Positions 52,751 to 64,000 of a DNA stretch of 64,000 nt are shown here, piece by piece. Each line of letters begins with the position of its first letter. The stretch's first letter is position 1. The DNA comes from Octopus vulgaris. Lineage: Eukaryota. The position numbers were made by a program, and so were the translations under genes. Location: assembly GCA_951406725.2 (NCBI GenBank), contig OX597817.1, forward strand, positions 127,472,001 to 127,536,000, in the 5' to 3' direction. The notes beneath the pieces are model-generated. The model was not told the DNA's origin, did no database searches, and was given only the letters and a program-made list of their open reading frames with translations.

Positions 52751-52864
52751 GAAGAAGAAGAAGGAGGAGGAGGAGGAGGAAGAAGAAGGAAGGAAGAAGA
52801 AGAAGAAGAAGAAGAAGAAGAAGAAGAAGAAGAAGAAGAAGAAGAAGCCGCCGCCGCCGCCGCC
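52751..52864. repeat. (AGA/AGG)n-(GCC)n compound microsatellite
   Basis: Direct reading. Confidence 0.95.
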
Positions 52865-53354
52865 TTTCAATAATAAAGCGACACTTCACATCCTCGAGAA
52901 TTAGAAGAGTGCAAAACGGGAAATGGGAGAGAAAATCGAATTTAATAGAAAAAAAGGGAGAGAACTGTTAGAGAAATATGAATTTTGTCGCTTAAATTGT
53001 AATAGACGAGTGAGCCATTTTTCATGAGTAAGAGGGAGGAGGAGGGGAATTGATGTGAGGAGCATAGCTAAGGGAAGTGCTACAAGCAATGATTTACAAC
53101 CGGGGTCTCTATGCTCCTTGTGGATCCTAATAAGATTTGGTTGTGAAACTTTATATGTAATAAATTGCATATACTTCTACAATACGCAAAATATTTGAAT
53201 TTTTTCAAATACAATTCCTAATGATATTTAATTGTATAAATACAGCAGATTTTTTTTAAATATACATTGGATGGCTACGGAAGTTTAGTGGAGTAAAATA
53301 CGGGGTGTGGGTCCTGCAAATTCCCAAGCATTAAGGGTGTCGTGAAAGACCTGG

Positions 53355-53519
53355 TGGGAGGCCCAACGTTCCGAGTTCTTTAACAGGGCTTAGAAAAACT
53401 GAAGGACTGCTGCAATAAGTGTGTGAATCTGAGAGGGAAATATGTTGAATAAAAACACAACTGATCCTCTTGTATTTTCTTTTACCCAAATCCAGGACCT
53501 ATTCAGTACCCACTCATAG
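53355..53519 (+). mobile_element. Tc1/mariner 3' end remnant
   Basis: GLEKLKDCCNKCVNLRGKYVE* matches the mariner transposase C-terminus. Followed by a TIR-like end. Confidence 0.65.
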
Positions 53520-53594
53520 TAATGAATGTGGTTCATAAGCAAAACATTGTTGAAAACTACAGGGTTAAATGATTGGTACGTTTATAGCAGATTA

Positions 53595-53850
53595 TTTCTT
53601 TATTGCCCACAATGGGCTAAACATAGAGGGGACAAACAAGGACAGACAAAGGGATTAAGTCGATTACATCGACCCCCGGTACGTAACTGGTACTTAATTT
53701 ATCGACCCCAAAAGGATGAGAGGCAAAGTCGACCTCGGCGGAATTTGAACTCAGAACGAAACGACTGACGAAATACCACTAAGAATTTCGCCCAGCTTAC
53801 TAATGTTTCTGCCAGCTTGAAACGTACGGCGTTTCTGCCAGCTCGCCTTA
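53595..53850 (-). mobile_element. Nin-domain SINE
   Basis: Reverse-complement homolog of 18579-18840. Confidence 0.8.
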
Positions 53851-55758
53851 CGTTTATAGCAGATGTCATTCAGAACGATGTGTTTTTCCGTCCATCATAC
53901 ACGCATAAAATTTGGCACGTGCTAAACCTTTCCTCACTAAATTTCTCTTCAGCACGGCTCTCTCCTTCCTTTCTCTAAAACAGTTAACAATTAAAACACG
54001 ATAGACAATTTGTATTTTAAAGAAATCCTTATAGCCGTCATTCATTAAGATACGTTATTGGCTGAATTGTAATTTTTCACATCCTCTAACCACTCGAATT
54101 CATTACAAAATTCCTATTCAGAACTGAGCGCTTAACCAAAAAGTTTCGTTTGCTTCAGTAACGTATAAATATTCTGATCATTTATTTCCAGACTATGATT
54201 TGGCCTTTATCAAAGCCTCCCAGTCTTTCAAATTAAAGATGTATGCCGATAATAAACTTAAACTTCTCCTAGCCAGATTCCGAAACGAATGAATATGCAT
54301 ATGATATTTAACCTTTAATTCATTGACTGTTAAACTTATACGTATTGTTGACTGTTAAACTTATAAATGTATTATTGGCTGTCAAACTTATATTTAGAAG
54401 AGGGAATTCTAATGTTACATTTATATTCTAAATTATTAATTAACTGATTTGCATCTAATTGACAATTATTCTTATTTACGCAATTGCAATTTGCATTACA
54501 GTTATAGTCATAAGTTACCGTATTATTTTTAGCTAGATTCTATGAATAATGCATAAGTTTCAGTTATAAAAATGGGCATAAACGTCATTGGATTCTGCTT
54601 TTGATTTAAATTATAATAGTTGTCTCGCTTGAATTAGACGTCAAGAGTTTGGCTTACCATAATCATTGGGTCTTCTCGCATGTCCAATTTTAATTAATCA
54701 ATATTTCTTGGCATACATTATACATGTTAGTGCTGAATTTACGATCATTTTTCTGAGTATTTTGACTAGTCAGTTTTATGCTTTACCCGAATTGACTGCG
54801 TACTTGATACATACGTTATACTAATAAGATCTGGCTTTCGAAAATGCATGCTTAAAATTATTATTCTAAAATTAAACAACGAAAGTAAATAACTTATCGA
54901 AATATCAATGTATTTTTGACAAATTTATATAAAAGAAAATAATGCCACCTATTCCATTTAATTAAAATTTATGTATTTCTAACACAAAGAAAATCTATGT
55001 ATCATTATTAATTTTAGAAAAATAACTACGTTTGTAATAACCTGATTATTTAATATGCATATATCAATAGGCTTTTTATTCATAAATCCTTGCACGTCTA
55101 CTACTCTTTACTGATATTTCAATAGCTCTTTATATCTGTAATAATTATAAACGGTATATAATCTAGATGCTAGAGAAAAAAATTAATTTAATCATTTGTA
55201 GCAGATAAAACAACCTAATTCTCAATGCATTAACATTATATATATCATATATGTATATATCTAAGTCCGCATTATAAAGTGTGAAAAGGAAGGGGAAAAA
55301 ACGTACTCAACACTAAAAGTTGAGTTATATATAAAACTTTACTGGATGACGAATACTTCAGATAGAATTATACATAAAACATCACAAGAGAAGCTTGGAC
55401 GAAAAAAAGGAAAAAAGCAGGAAAAAAATTGGAGTAGAGAAAGAGTTTGGCGGAATGAGAGGTAGATACAATGGGAGAACACATTGTACACACGATAAAC
55501 TACATTTTTTATTAAACTTGAATACATAATTTTTTATTACATCACAGAAGCTAATTAAGCTCTCTCCTCAATTTATTGTATGTATTAAAAGACAACGGTC
55601 ATTGGAATCCTGTCAAGGTCTATTATGCATTTCATCCATTTTGCGTTGACATAATGTATTAAACATGAATTAGAGTAGGGTGTATTTAAACGACTAACTC
55701 CTTTCCAAATTGCAGGTATTGTGCCTAGTTTGGAAACCATTGTCATTATTAGCCATTA

Positions 55759-55811
<53 letters not shown>

Positions 55812-55818
<7 letters not shown>

Positions 55819-56254
55819 AATTGGAGATAAAACCACTATTATACAACTCAAACAGTGATAGACATAAACCAAAACATAAATAACAAATAATATATATTTT
55901 TATAAAACATATAACTTATAACTAGGTCTCAAAAAGTTATAAAAATGAATAATCAATATATAATATAATATATAATATATACTTATTACAATATGTATTA
56001 TATTATATTATATATACAATATATAATATATACTTATTATATTATATATTGATGATTCATTTTTATACTTTTTGAATTTAGTTATCAGTTATGTTTTATA
56101 AAAATACATATTATTTGTTATTTATGTTTTGGTTTATGTCTATCACTGTTTGAGTTGTATGATAGTGGTTTTATCTCTAATTTATATTAAATACTGTGAA
56201 ATTTGATTTAATACTAAATTGAAATTATCCCTGTAAGTTTGGAGTTATACTCCC
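55812..56254. repeat. AT-rich palindrome (55812-56189) with a 65-bp one-sided tail; probable PLE end
   Basis: GAGATAAAACCACTAT.ATACAACTCAAACAGTGATAGACATAAACCAAAAC and its reverse complement. Sits between (TA)n and (TTA)n. Confidence 0.8.
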
Positions 56255-56278
56255 TATTATTATTATTATTATCATTAT

Positions 56279-57296
56279 TCAGTAGTTTTATTTTTATAGC
56301 GTGCTTCCACTTCACTACCGAGCGCAGCTCTGTGTGCCTTGGGTATGTGCTGTGATTTGTTGTGATGCTCTGATGGTTATTGTATGGAAAGTGTTCTGCG
56401 TAGGATGTGTGCAGTGCCTAGTAGTGCAATTTTCTGTATGTTATATGTGTTTGTAAGTCCTGGTGTTTTTGTTATGTATTTGTCTGAATATTTTTTATCA
56501 TGCCTAATGCACCAACTATGATAGGAATTGTTTCTGTTTTCAGATTCCACATTCTAGTTACCTCTATTTCCAGGTCTTTGTATTTTGAGAATTTCTCCAT
56601 TTCTTTTAGAGACACGTTGGCCAAGTCTATATCTCTATTATTTTCCTTCCATATTTTATATGTATGTGTTGTTGTATTTTCATTTTTTGGGTAGAGCATT
56701 GCTGTGAAGTATGCGTGTAAGATAGAAATGTATTCCTCACGTGTCCATTTACGTCTTTTGGGTTTTATTTGCGGGACATGAGGTACAACGTCCGTCCCAT
56801 TATTTTGACGGTCGTCATTTTCGTAGGGTACCGGTCCGTTTATTTCTGTTGTCACATTATTTCGCACGTGTAGTTTTTCGTACATTTTTTGTTGTAAGTT
56901 TAATGTACGTACCGCTCGATTGTTATTCTTGGGTTGAATAGTATCGGTGGCATTTAATTTCTTCGTAGTTCCTTTGTACATGGTGTTTGAGGTCGGGGAT
57001 GATCGTGATGTTCCACGCATGTTTACATGTGTTGTGTTAGAGGTGGAGATAATATCGAGTCAAATACATCATTTCGTTTCGAAAATAGTAATAAATTTCA
57101 ATTAGTATTACTTACTCGGATACAGTCCAATTCTTTGTTAGTAAATATTTGGCTCCATAGGATGTCCTTGTTTTCGATGTTTGTGGATAGATTTCGGAGC
57201 TCTGTATTTTCCTTCTTACATCTTAAACGTCCCCGGTGTTCTCTCTTAAACGTCCCCGGTGTTCTCCCACGTCTCCGGTGTTCTCCTACGTCCCCG
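56279..57296 (-). mobile_element. Internally deleted Dong/R4-like element retaining both ends
   Basis: N-terminal KRRKWTREEYISILHAYF is fused in frame at ~56618 to the C-terminal NVSLKEMEKFSKYKDL..IPIIVGALG. The 3' end matches 42162-42500. (TTA)n on both sides. Confidence 0.82.
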
Positions 57297-57355
<59 letters not shown>

Positions 57356-57380
57356 CATTATTATTGTTATTATTATTATG

Positions 57381-57442
<62 letters not shown>

Positions 57443-57449
57443 ATATTAA

Positions 57450-58403
57450 GTATGGTATAGAAAGTATGGGCTATTTACGGAGTGCTCATGGAGAGCCAAT
57501 GCGAAAAAATACAGAGAAAATTGAAAACGGAAATCATAGGCAGTCAAACAGATTCCCGAATGTATAAATGAAGATATTCAATAAATGCAATTGAAACATA
57601 TATATTTATACACATCAACATAAATCATGCATGTACAGGTGTAAAGATTCTTCAAGTGTATAAAGAATAAAACCAAACATACATAAAAGTAGAGAAGAAA
57701 TATAAAAACATAAAATACATGTAAAATTACATATAAATAAAGATTATATGTAAAGAGTTATGCGTGATAAATATAGCAGGTGCAAAACGATAAATACAGG
57801 AATAAAAATAGGAATATAAGAATAATATATAGGAATAAATATAGGAATTAAAACGTCAGCCTTCAAAATAGCAAACCGCCTAAATCGTCTAAAAATGTCT
57901 TATACATCTAGAATATAACGTAGAAACTGCATTTATTGAATATCTTCATTTATACATTCGGGAATCTGTTTGACTGCCTATGATTTGCGTTTTCAATTTC
58001 CTCTACTCTGTATTTTTTTGCATTGTCTCTCCATGAGCACTCCGTAAATAGCCCATACTTTCTATACCATACGTTATACATCTAGAAAACTAAATGGTGG
58101 GTGCCATCGTACGATGGACATCATCCTGATGATAGGGACAGTGCATATATGGAGTATTTAATTTTTACCCATAACCGGTAATGTACCCATGAAACGGCCG
58201 TAGATGGAACACCCTCCAATATTCGGATCTTATTCTATTCATTTTTCTAAAATAATATTCATGCCATTTTTCAATGGCAATACAATATAACATTGGAAAC
58301 TGAAACAGCTGTTAGATGGGCTACAGTCTATTCGTATTGAATTAAAACGTAATTATTGATATTAGTCAATTGTTGTTGATCAATATTTCTCCATTTTATG
58401 CTT

Positions 58404-58410
<7 letters not shown>
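57450..58410 (+). mobile_element. Penelope-like pLTR remnant with inverted repeat (57450-57589 / 57928-58072)
   Basis: ~140-bp inverted repeat followed by a hammerhead motif. Microsatellite flanks. Confidence 0.65.
58121..58207 (+). ncRNA. Type I hammerhead ribozyme
   Basis: Stem I CATC/GATG; canonical CTGATGA; long imperfect stem II (GGGACA/TGTACCC); GAAA; palindromic stem III ACGGCCGT; GUA cleavage triplet. Confidence 0.72.
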
Positions 58411-58470
<60 letters not shown>

Positions 58471-58826
58471 GAGATAGGCAGACAGGCAGAGAGGGAAAGA
58501 GAGATAAAGAGATATATCTATACATACATATATCTACATACCTATTTATAATTTATATAAATTTATATATACATGTACATGCGTGGTGTGTGTGCAAATA
58601 CATATATACGCACACACAGACATATATATATATATATATATATACATAATGTATATATATATTTATACATAATGTATATATATGTACATTGTATACATTA
58701 TTTATAGAATATGTAAATACGCATAATTATGCACGTGTGTGTGGTATGTGTACATACATATATATACATACGTTCATACATACATATATATATATATATG
58801 TATGATCTGAAGCTATATATATATAC

Positions 58827-58886
<60 letters not shown>

Positions 58887-60559
58887 TGTGTGAGATATAA
58901 ATATAAAGAAATATAAAATATAAAACTTATATAAGAGTGATCTATAATTAGCAATATTCTGTCACTCAAATATCGTACATAAACGTACTGTATACTATAA
59001 TTAACATTTCCTATTAGATTATTAAATTTTAAACTATAATTTATAAATCATAATTAATACCGTGTTTTTTTTTTATTCAAATGCAGACAATCAGTCTGCA
59101 ATCATTAACATTATTCTTAAATGCTACGAATTTGTATTCATCAATATTATTTATAGACTTACATCCGTTTTCAAAAGAATATTAAACTCAACTAAGAAAG
59201 ATTGATATTTAAGAGACTGGTAGATTTAAGTTCTCAATACTTGCTGGTCCTGGAGTAGTTTTAGTGGAGTTCATTCTGCTGCAAGGTTTTCTCCAGGGTT
59301 CCAGTTTTAGGAAGATTTGCTCTTTCCTTCCCAACTGCCTCGGAAACCTTGAAAAGATTAAAGATTTGCGCATGTTGCCAACCTTTCTCTGATGAAACGG
59401 CTAAAGTGATGTGCTGTAGTAATTTTGTTAATGATCTAGAAGGTACAGCACTTACAAAGTTAGGAAGAAAATGTAGCGAATTTGCTATTGTTTCTGCTGT
59501 TGTTGCTGAGGTGCTGCTTTGCACAAACTCAGTTTTGACAGAGTATATATATGGTCATAGAAATTCTAGCACGAGCCATGTCCTGTTGTTGTTTGTCTTT
59601 GGTTTTGTTCTTTTAGGAATAGTACATCCCATATTATTCAATGTCACCTATTTCAAGACTAACGTTTTTGATAAGTGATCAGACATTCAAATTCTAATCT
59701 GACAGAACATATTAAAAAGAATGCATAAAATATTGTGTGGATTTTGGATGTTCTGCGTGTACCCCTTGAAATATTATCTGTTTGCCAGAGACCCGCACAC
59801 ATCAGCAAATAATTTGTTTGCTGATTTTTTTTAAAGGAGACCTCATAGCCTTTTTACATTCATGTGTCTTGCGAGGCGGGTTTTAGTAAAAGACACACAA
59901 TTGGGTTGAAACATGAAGGTGTCACAAAATTTCCTTATACAAGTAATTTGCCTCTATTATGAACGTACATTGTGTGAAGAGAAGAGGTGTTGTCCGATGA
60001 CGGAAAATAACCATCAGTAGTTTATATTCGAATCTGCCACAACGTATTGAAAATGAATACATACGTGATTTCACGTATATATTGTTTTGCCGGCATTTAT
60101 TTTATAGATCTCAGTGAGGTTTTGTCTAAGAATGTAGATGGGGAAACTTAAAACTGCAATACCACAGTATTCTTACAAGAAATAACATTGCCCGAAACGT
60201 TTATCTTCTCGTAATCTCAACGAAAGACTACGTAGTTACTCCACCTCCTAGAAATAACAGCTATTTTCACTTCAGACCATGGCCACTAACAGATTGACAT
60301 TGTTGAATATATTCTTAAAAGCAAGACATATTGCATAATATAATTTTATCTACGGCATAGCTTTAAAAATTGGGATTGTAACAGCTGAAATGTTTCGATC
60401 AGGAATGGTTGTATCTGGGACACTTTTTGCTTAATTGAGACTAGAAAATGTGGCAGCTAAATTGAGTTGACTTTTCTTATCATATCTGACATTAATCAAC
60501 AACATAGGAGAAGGCGCGGCAAGCTGAGCCAGATTTTGATCTAGGAAAGTTAGGACTGA

Positions 60560-61800
60560 AATAACTGATGATCTTGCATATCTTGCTCGTCAATGTCAAC
60601 TTCATCATTTTGATATGAAACTAGATGTCAGAAATCAAATCAGTTAAGTTTCCACACTGATTAGACACAGTTAAACACAAGCTGACCAGAACAACTGGCA
60701 GAGCTGACAATGTTTTCAAGCTGTGGCAGCTTATACACAATGTATTCCAGTTCAAAGCTTGCTTCAACCATTGGGTTTGGAACAAACACTGGGTTGTCAA
60801 GTCCCATTTTTCGAGCAACCTTTTGCAGGAAGACATCTTCAAACTGAAATTCCTTTTCATTGTATACAATAACCCGACCAAGTAATACACAAATTGTGAT
60901 TTCCCAGAACATTTGACAACCACAAAGTCACGTTCATTGATATCAGTGTCACTGCCCTCGTCCGAATTGACATCGTACTCAACTTCTGAATTATCATCTG
61001 CCTCATTGGAACTAGGAATTTTGGAGCTTAGAGATCAAGCTTTTTAGATTTCAAGTTAGATTTCAAGAAACATCTCTTTGGCTTCTTGGTAGATGCCTTC
61101 TGTTTGTGGTTTTCAGATAAGGCTGCAAGCTCTTGGCATTCTGGGATGTCAGTCAGAATCTTTGTGCTGTCATTTTTGCAACCGGCTTTCTTTTCACGCT
61201 TTTGCTTTCGGAAATCGGTGAACATCAGACGGTGATACTTATGGCCGAGGCATGACATTCTGCAGATTGGGTGAATCAGGATTGCCGGAGGTGAATGGTT
61301 TAATGTCATCTGCTCGTTGTAGATAAACAACATCAGTTGACAAGGCAGCAACTGGAGTCTCTCTGGTTGCATGGCATTTTCAGGGGTGGCATTCACCTTG
61401 GTGCCATCAGCAGCAGCGTCACCTTGCTCACAATCAGTTAGAGAAGCAGGGGCAAAGCCTGTTTCACTAAATAAGTTCTGTTGAATGAATGGATATCTGT
61501 CACTTCAAATAATGTTGGATGGCGTCGCGAGCATCATTTTGGCTTGGTTCACCAGAGTTGGAATTTCGAAGATTGCCTTAAAGTAGCCCATATATTGTTC
61601 GATCGAGAGGCTGAAGGTTATGTGAAGTGTTGGGTGGTATTATCAGCTGGAAAACACCATGACACCTTGCAGTGTTAACAGCATTGACAGATATATATGG
61701 GTGTTATGGTTGTCTGAACTTCCTGAGATTTCTTCATATACAAATATAAACCATCCTATACATCATTTATGTGAAAGGTTATGTCAAGCGTTGGCACCCA
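60560..61800 (-). mobile_element. pogo/Tigger-like DDE transposase remnant
   Basis: Frameshifted PLDRTICGLLKA and FEVTDIHSFNR (cf. QPLD..VY.PLK and F..TGI.PFNR), then KILTDIPE, an acidic stretch and a DFVVVK C-terminal region. Confidence 0.7.
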
Positions 61801-62699
61801 TACCTGGAGTAACAATTGTCATCTGATAGCTGCATCATATCTATGCTGCATATGCAAGAAACATGCACTTGCCTGTTTCACACATTTTTTTACTTTTACG
61901 TCTAAAAATACGATTTTTCGCTCAGTAACATTAGTTTCTATTACAATCTAGAAAACGATATGGTGGGGTTTGAAGTAATGTAATTGGCCGTCCGTAAATG
62001 GTATTACCACTCTGGTTGACTCATTCATAATTGGCTGGGAGATTTTGGCTCTACTTAACCCTATGGTCAACTTTCCCCGCCTTCCTCTACATTCACTTTT
62101 TAAAAATTTTAAATTAGATTTTGGTTGACACGAACCATCGCTAGCATATTAGTGCTAGTAATTATCTTTATTTAAATATTATAACTCCTACAGTAAGCTG
62201 TCTGTTATCTCGAGTATGCCAACGATTCTTTCGATGGAAAGTTGTTGGTTTTAGTATGAAAACTAATCTCGTGAGTTACTTAGGTTCTTAAAAATATACT
62301 CTATATATTTTTAGTAAGTATATATTTTTCACTCAAGCAGCAGTAAAGTTTAGTTATTTTAAGATAACATACTGAGCTAACACTTGAAATAATACTGTTT
62401 TGACCTTATTGGACAATCGATCAATTACGATGAATTTTAAAATTACAGAAACTCTTCTCAGTGGGACAGTCTATATGTCAGTCAATAAATTACTGATGTT
62501 AAATTACTCAGATACGTTCACCATATGAAAAATAATAGTGTTCGCGACTATAATGTAGTAAGCATTAAAAAAAATCATAGAAATACGCGGAAAAGGAGAG
62601 ATAGTTTTGGCTTAATGACTAATGCTAACGTAATCCATCCAGGTTAAATCTTTTAGTGAAATAAATTTGATGGAATAAATATCAATGATGCTTTGTCTA

Positions 62700-62990
62700 A
62701 AGCTGATACTACAGAAGCTACTTTATCATGTCGTTGGTACTTTATCTTCATGGTGATCAGAGTGTTCACCTTAGCCTATAGATTCGCCTGATTGAAGCAC
62801 CGAAGGTTAAATTAGCCTTCGCTTACAGCAGGTTTTCACACACTGAACCTTGTCAACAGTTTCCACCTTCAGTTAGCTTCAGCCGATATGGCTACCTGAA
62901 CCAGTAGCATTTTTTCAAGATTGGACAAAGCAGGAAACTTCGGCTGTCAGAGTCAACAGAGTAAACGACTGAATACCGATCTTAGCTTTG
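62700..62990 (-). mobile_element. hAT transposase C-terminal (dimerisation) fragment
   Basis: KFPALSNLEKMLLVQVAISAEA resembles the FP.L..LA..LL....S.A..ER motif. Confidence 0.45.
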
Positions 62991-63100
62991 TTCAATTGGT
63001 GACAGATATCAAGTTTTTCTTCCCATTATTCTTCGCATAAAACAAAAGATGATTGAACATATTAATTAACAGTGACTTTACTCAACTCAAAGATATATTT

Positions 63101-63363
63101 GCGACGCCATCCAACATTATTTGAAGTGACATATATCCATTCATTCAACAGAACTTCTTTAGTGAAACAGGCTTTGCTCCTGCTTCCCCGACTGATTGTG
63201 AACAAGGTGACGCTGCTGCAGATGGCACCAAGGTGAATCCCACCCCTGAAAATTCCAGGCAACCAGATGAGACTTTAGTTGCTGCCTTGTCAACTGATGT
63301 TGTCTATCCACAACGAGCAGATGACGTTAAACCATTCACCTCCAGCAATCCTGATTCACCCAA
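63101..63363 (+). repeat. Inverted, diverged copy of pogo segment 61267-61528
   Basis: Reverse-complement match with multiple substitutions. Confidence 0.9.
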
Positions 63364-64000
63364 CAAGGAAGCTGCTATATAGTCTATTGACATACTATAA
63401 ACTGCAGCCAAATTGCCCTCAAATCGCTGTAAAAAAAAGATAAAATAAAACTCTGGATAATGTAATCCTAGATACAATATATCTGATAAAGTTAGAAAAA
63501 ATAATCATGTTTGGAATTCTTTGATCATAGTTTTACTCAATCAGTGCTGACCTGTGGTTAAACAACAGCGATAACAATGTGTTTGAGCTACTAACACAGA
63601 AAAATATTGCAGATCAAATAACCGCGATGATCAAACCATGGTTCTAATTCTGGCATGCTAAGTGCTTTCACATAAATTCATTACATGGTTCACTATATTT
63701 CAGTGCTCATTAAAAGTCATGTGATATGAGCAATGTTTGTATGCCTGAAACTTCAGGAAATTGCACTTCAGCCATATAGCAGATGTAAGCAAGTATTTCA
63801 AATATCAGAGAGTTATGTGTGCACAAAACACGCTTTTCGTTCGTGATAGTATTTCAAATTGTTTGAACATGCTGCACAATAAATGCATTTTAAATACGCA
63901 ACTATTTGAATGGACAAATGAACTGATCAATCAGAGATCACAAGTGTAGATCGTAGCTGATAGTTATTTATTTAAGATGTTTTCAGGGAGAAACTTAAAT

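Noticed and set aside
52440-52970. Promoter or 5' UTR of a minus-strand gene; Arg-rich protamine-like ORF
   Set aside because: Explained by (AGA)n/(GCC)n repeats. No downstream coding exon could be linked.
59220-59900. Coding-looking segment (ORFs 59261-59524 and 59349-59678)
   Set aside because: No motif recognised. Probably a decayed transposon, but it cannot be assigned from sequence alone.

Overview
AT-rich, microsatellite-dense animal nuclear DNA. The tRNA-derived and Nin-domain SINEs and the repeat landscape resemble an octopod (coleoid cephalopod) genome; this is an inference. No intact host gene is evident. Most listed ORFs are microsatellite artefacts and the window is a mosaic of mobile elements. 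Main points: (1) A 4.4-kb near-perfect palindrome (21365-25795) of two head-to-head Naiad-type Penelope-like retroelements (RT + GIY-YIG) with a 9-nt central loop and a hammerhead ribozyme in each outer arm. Two smaller palindromes share the architecture, and one of them also carries a hammerhead. (2) A 2.25-kb retroposed element (15466-17715) encodes only an ORF1/gag-like CCHC protein with no RT. It sits in the tRNA head of a SINE between perfect 15-bp target-site duplications, and two older relatives occur in the window. (3) R4/Dong-type RLE LINEs are nested in (TAA)n/(TTG)n repeats, including an internally deleted copy. (4) Remnants of CR1/L2-like, RTE, pogo, mariner, hAT and Helentron-type elements, plus possible decayed lectin-like exons. 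All calls were made by eye, with no searches or folding run.
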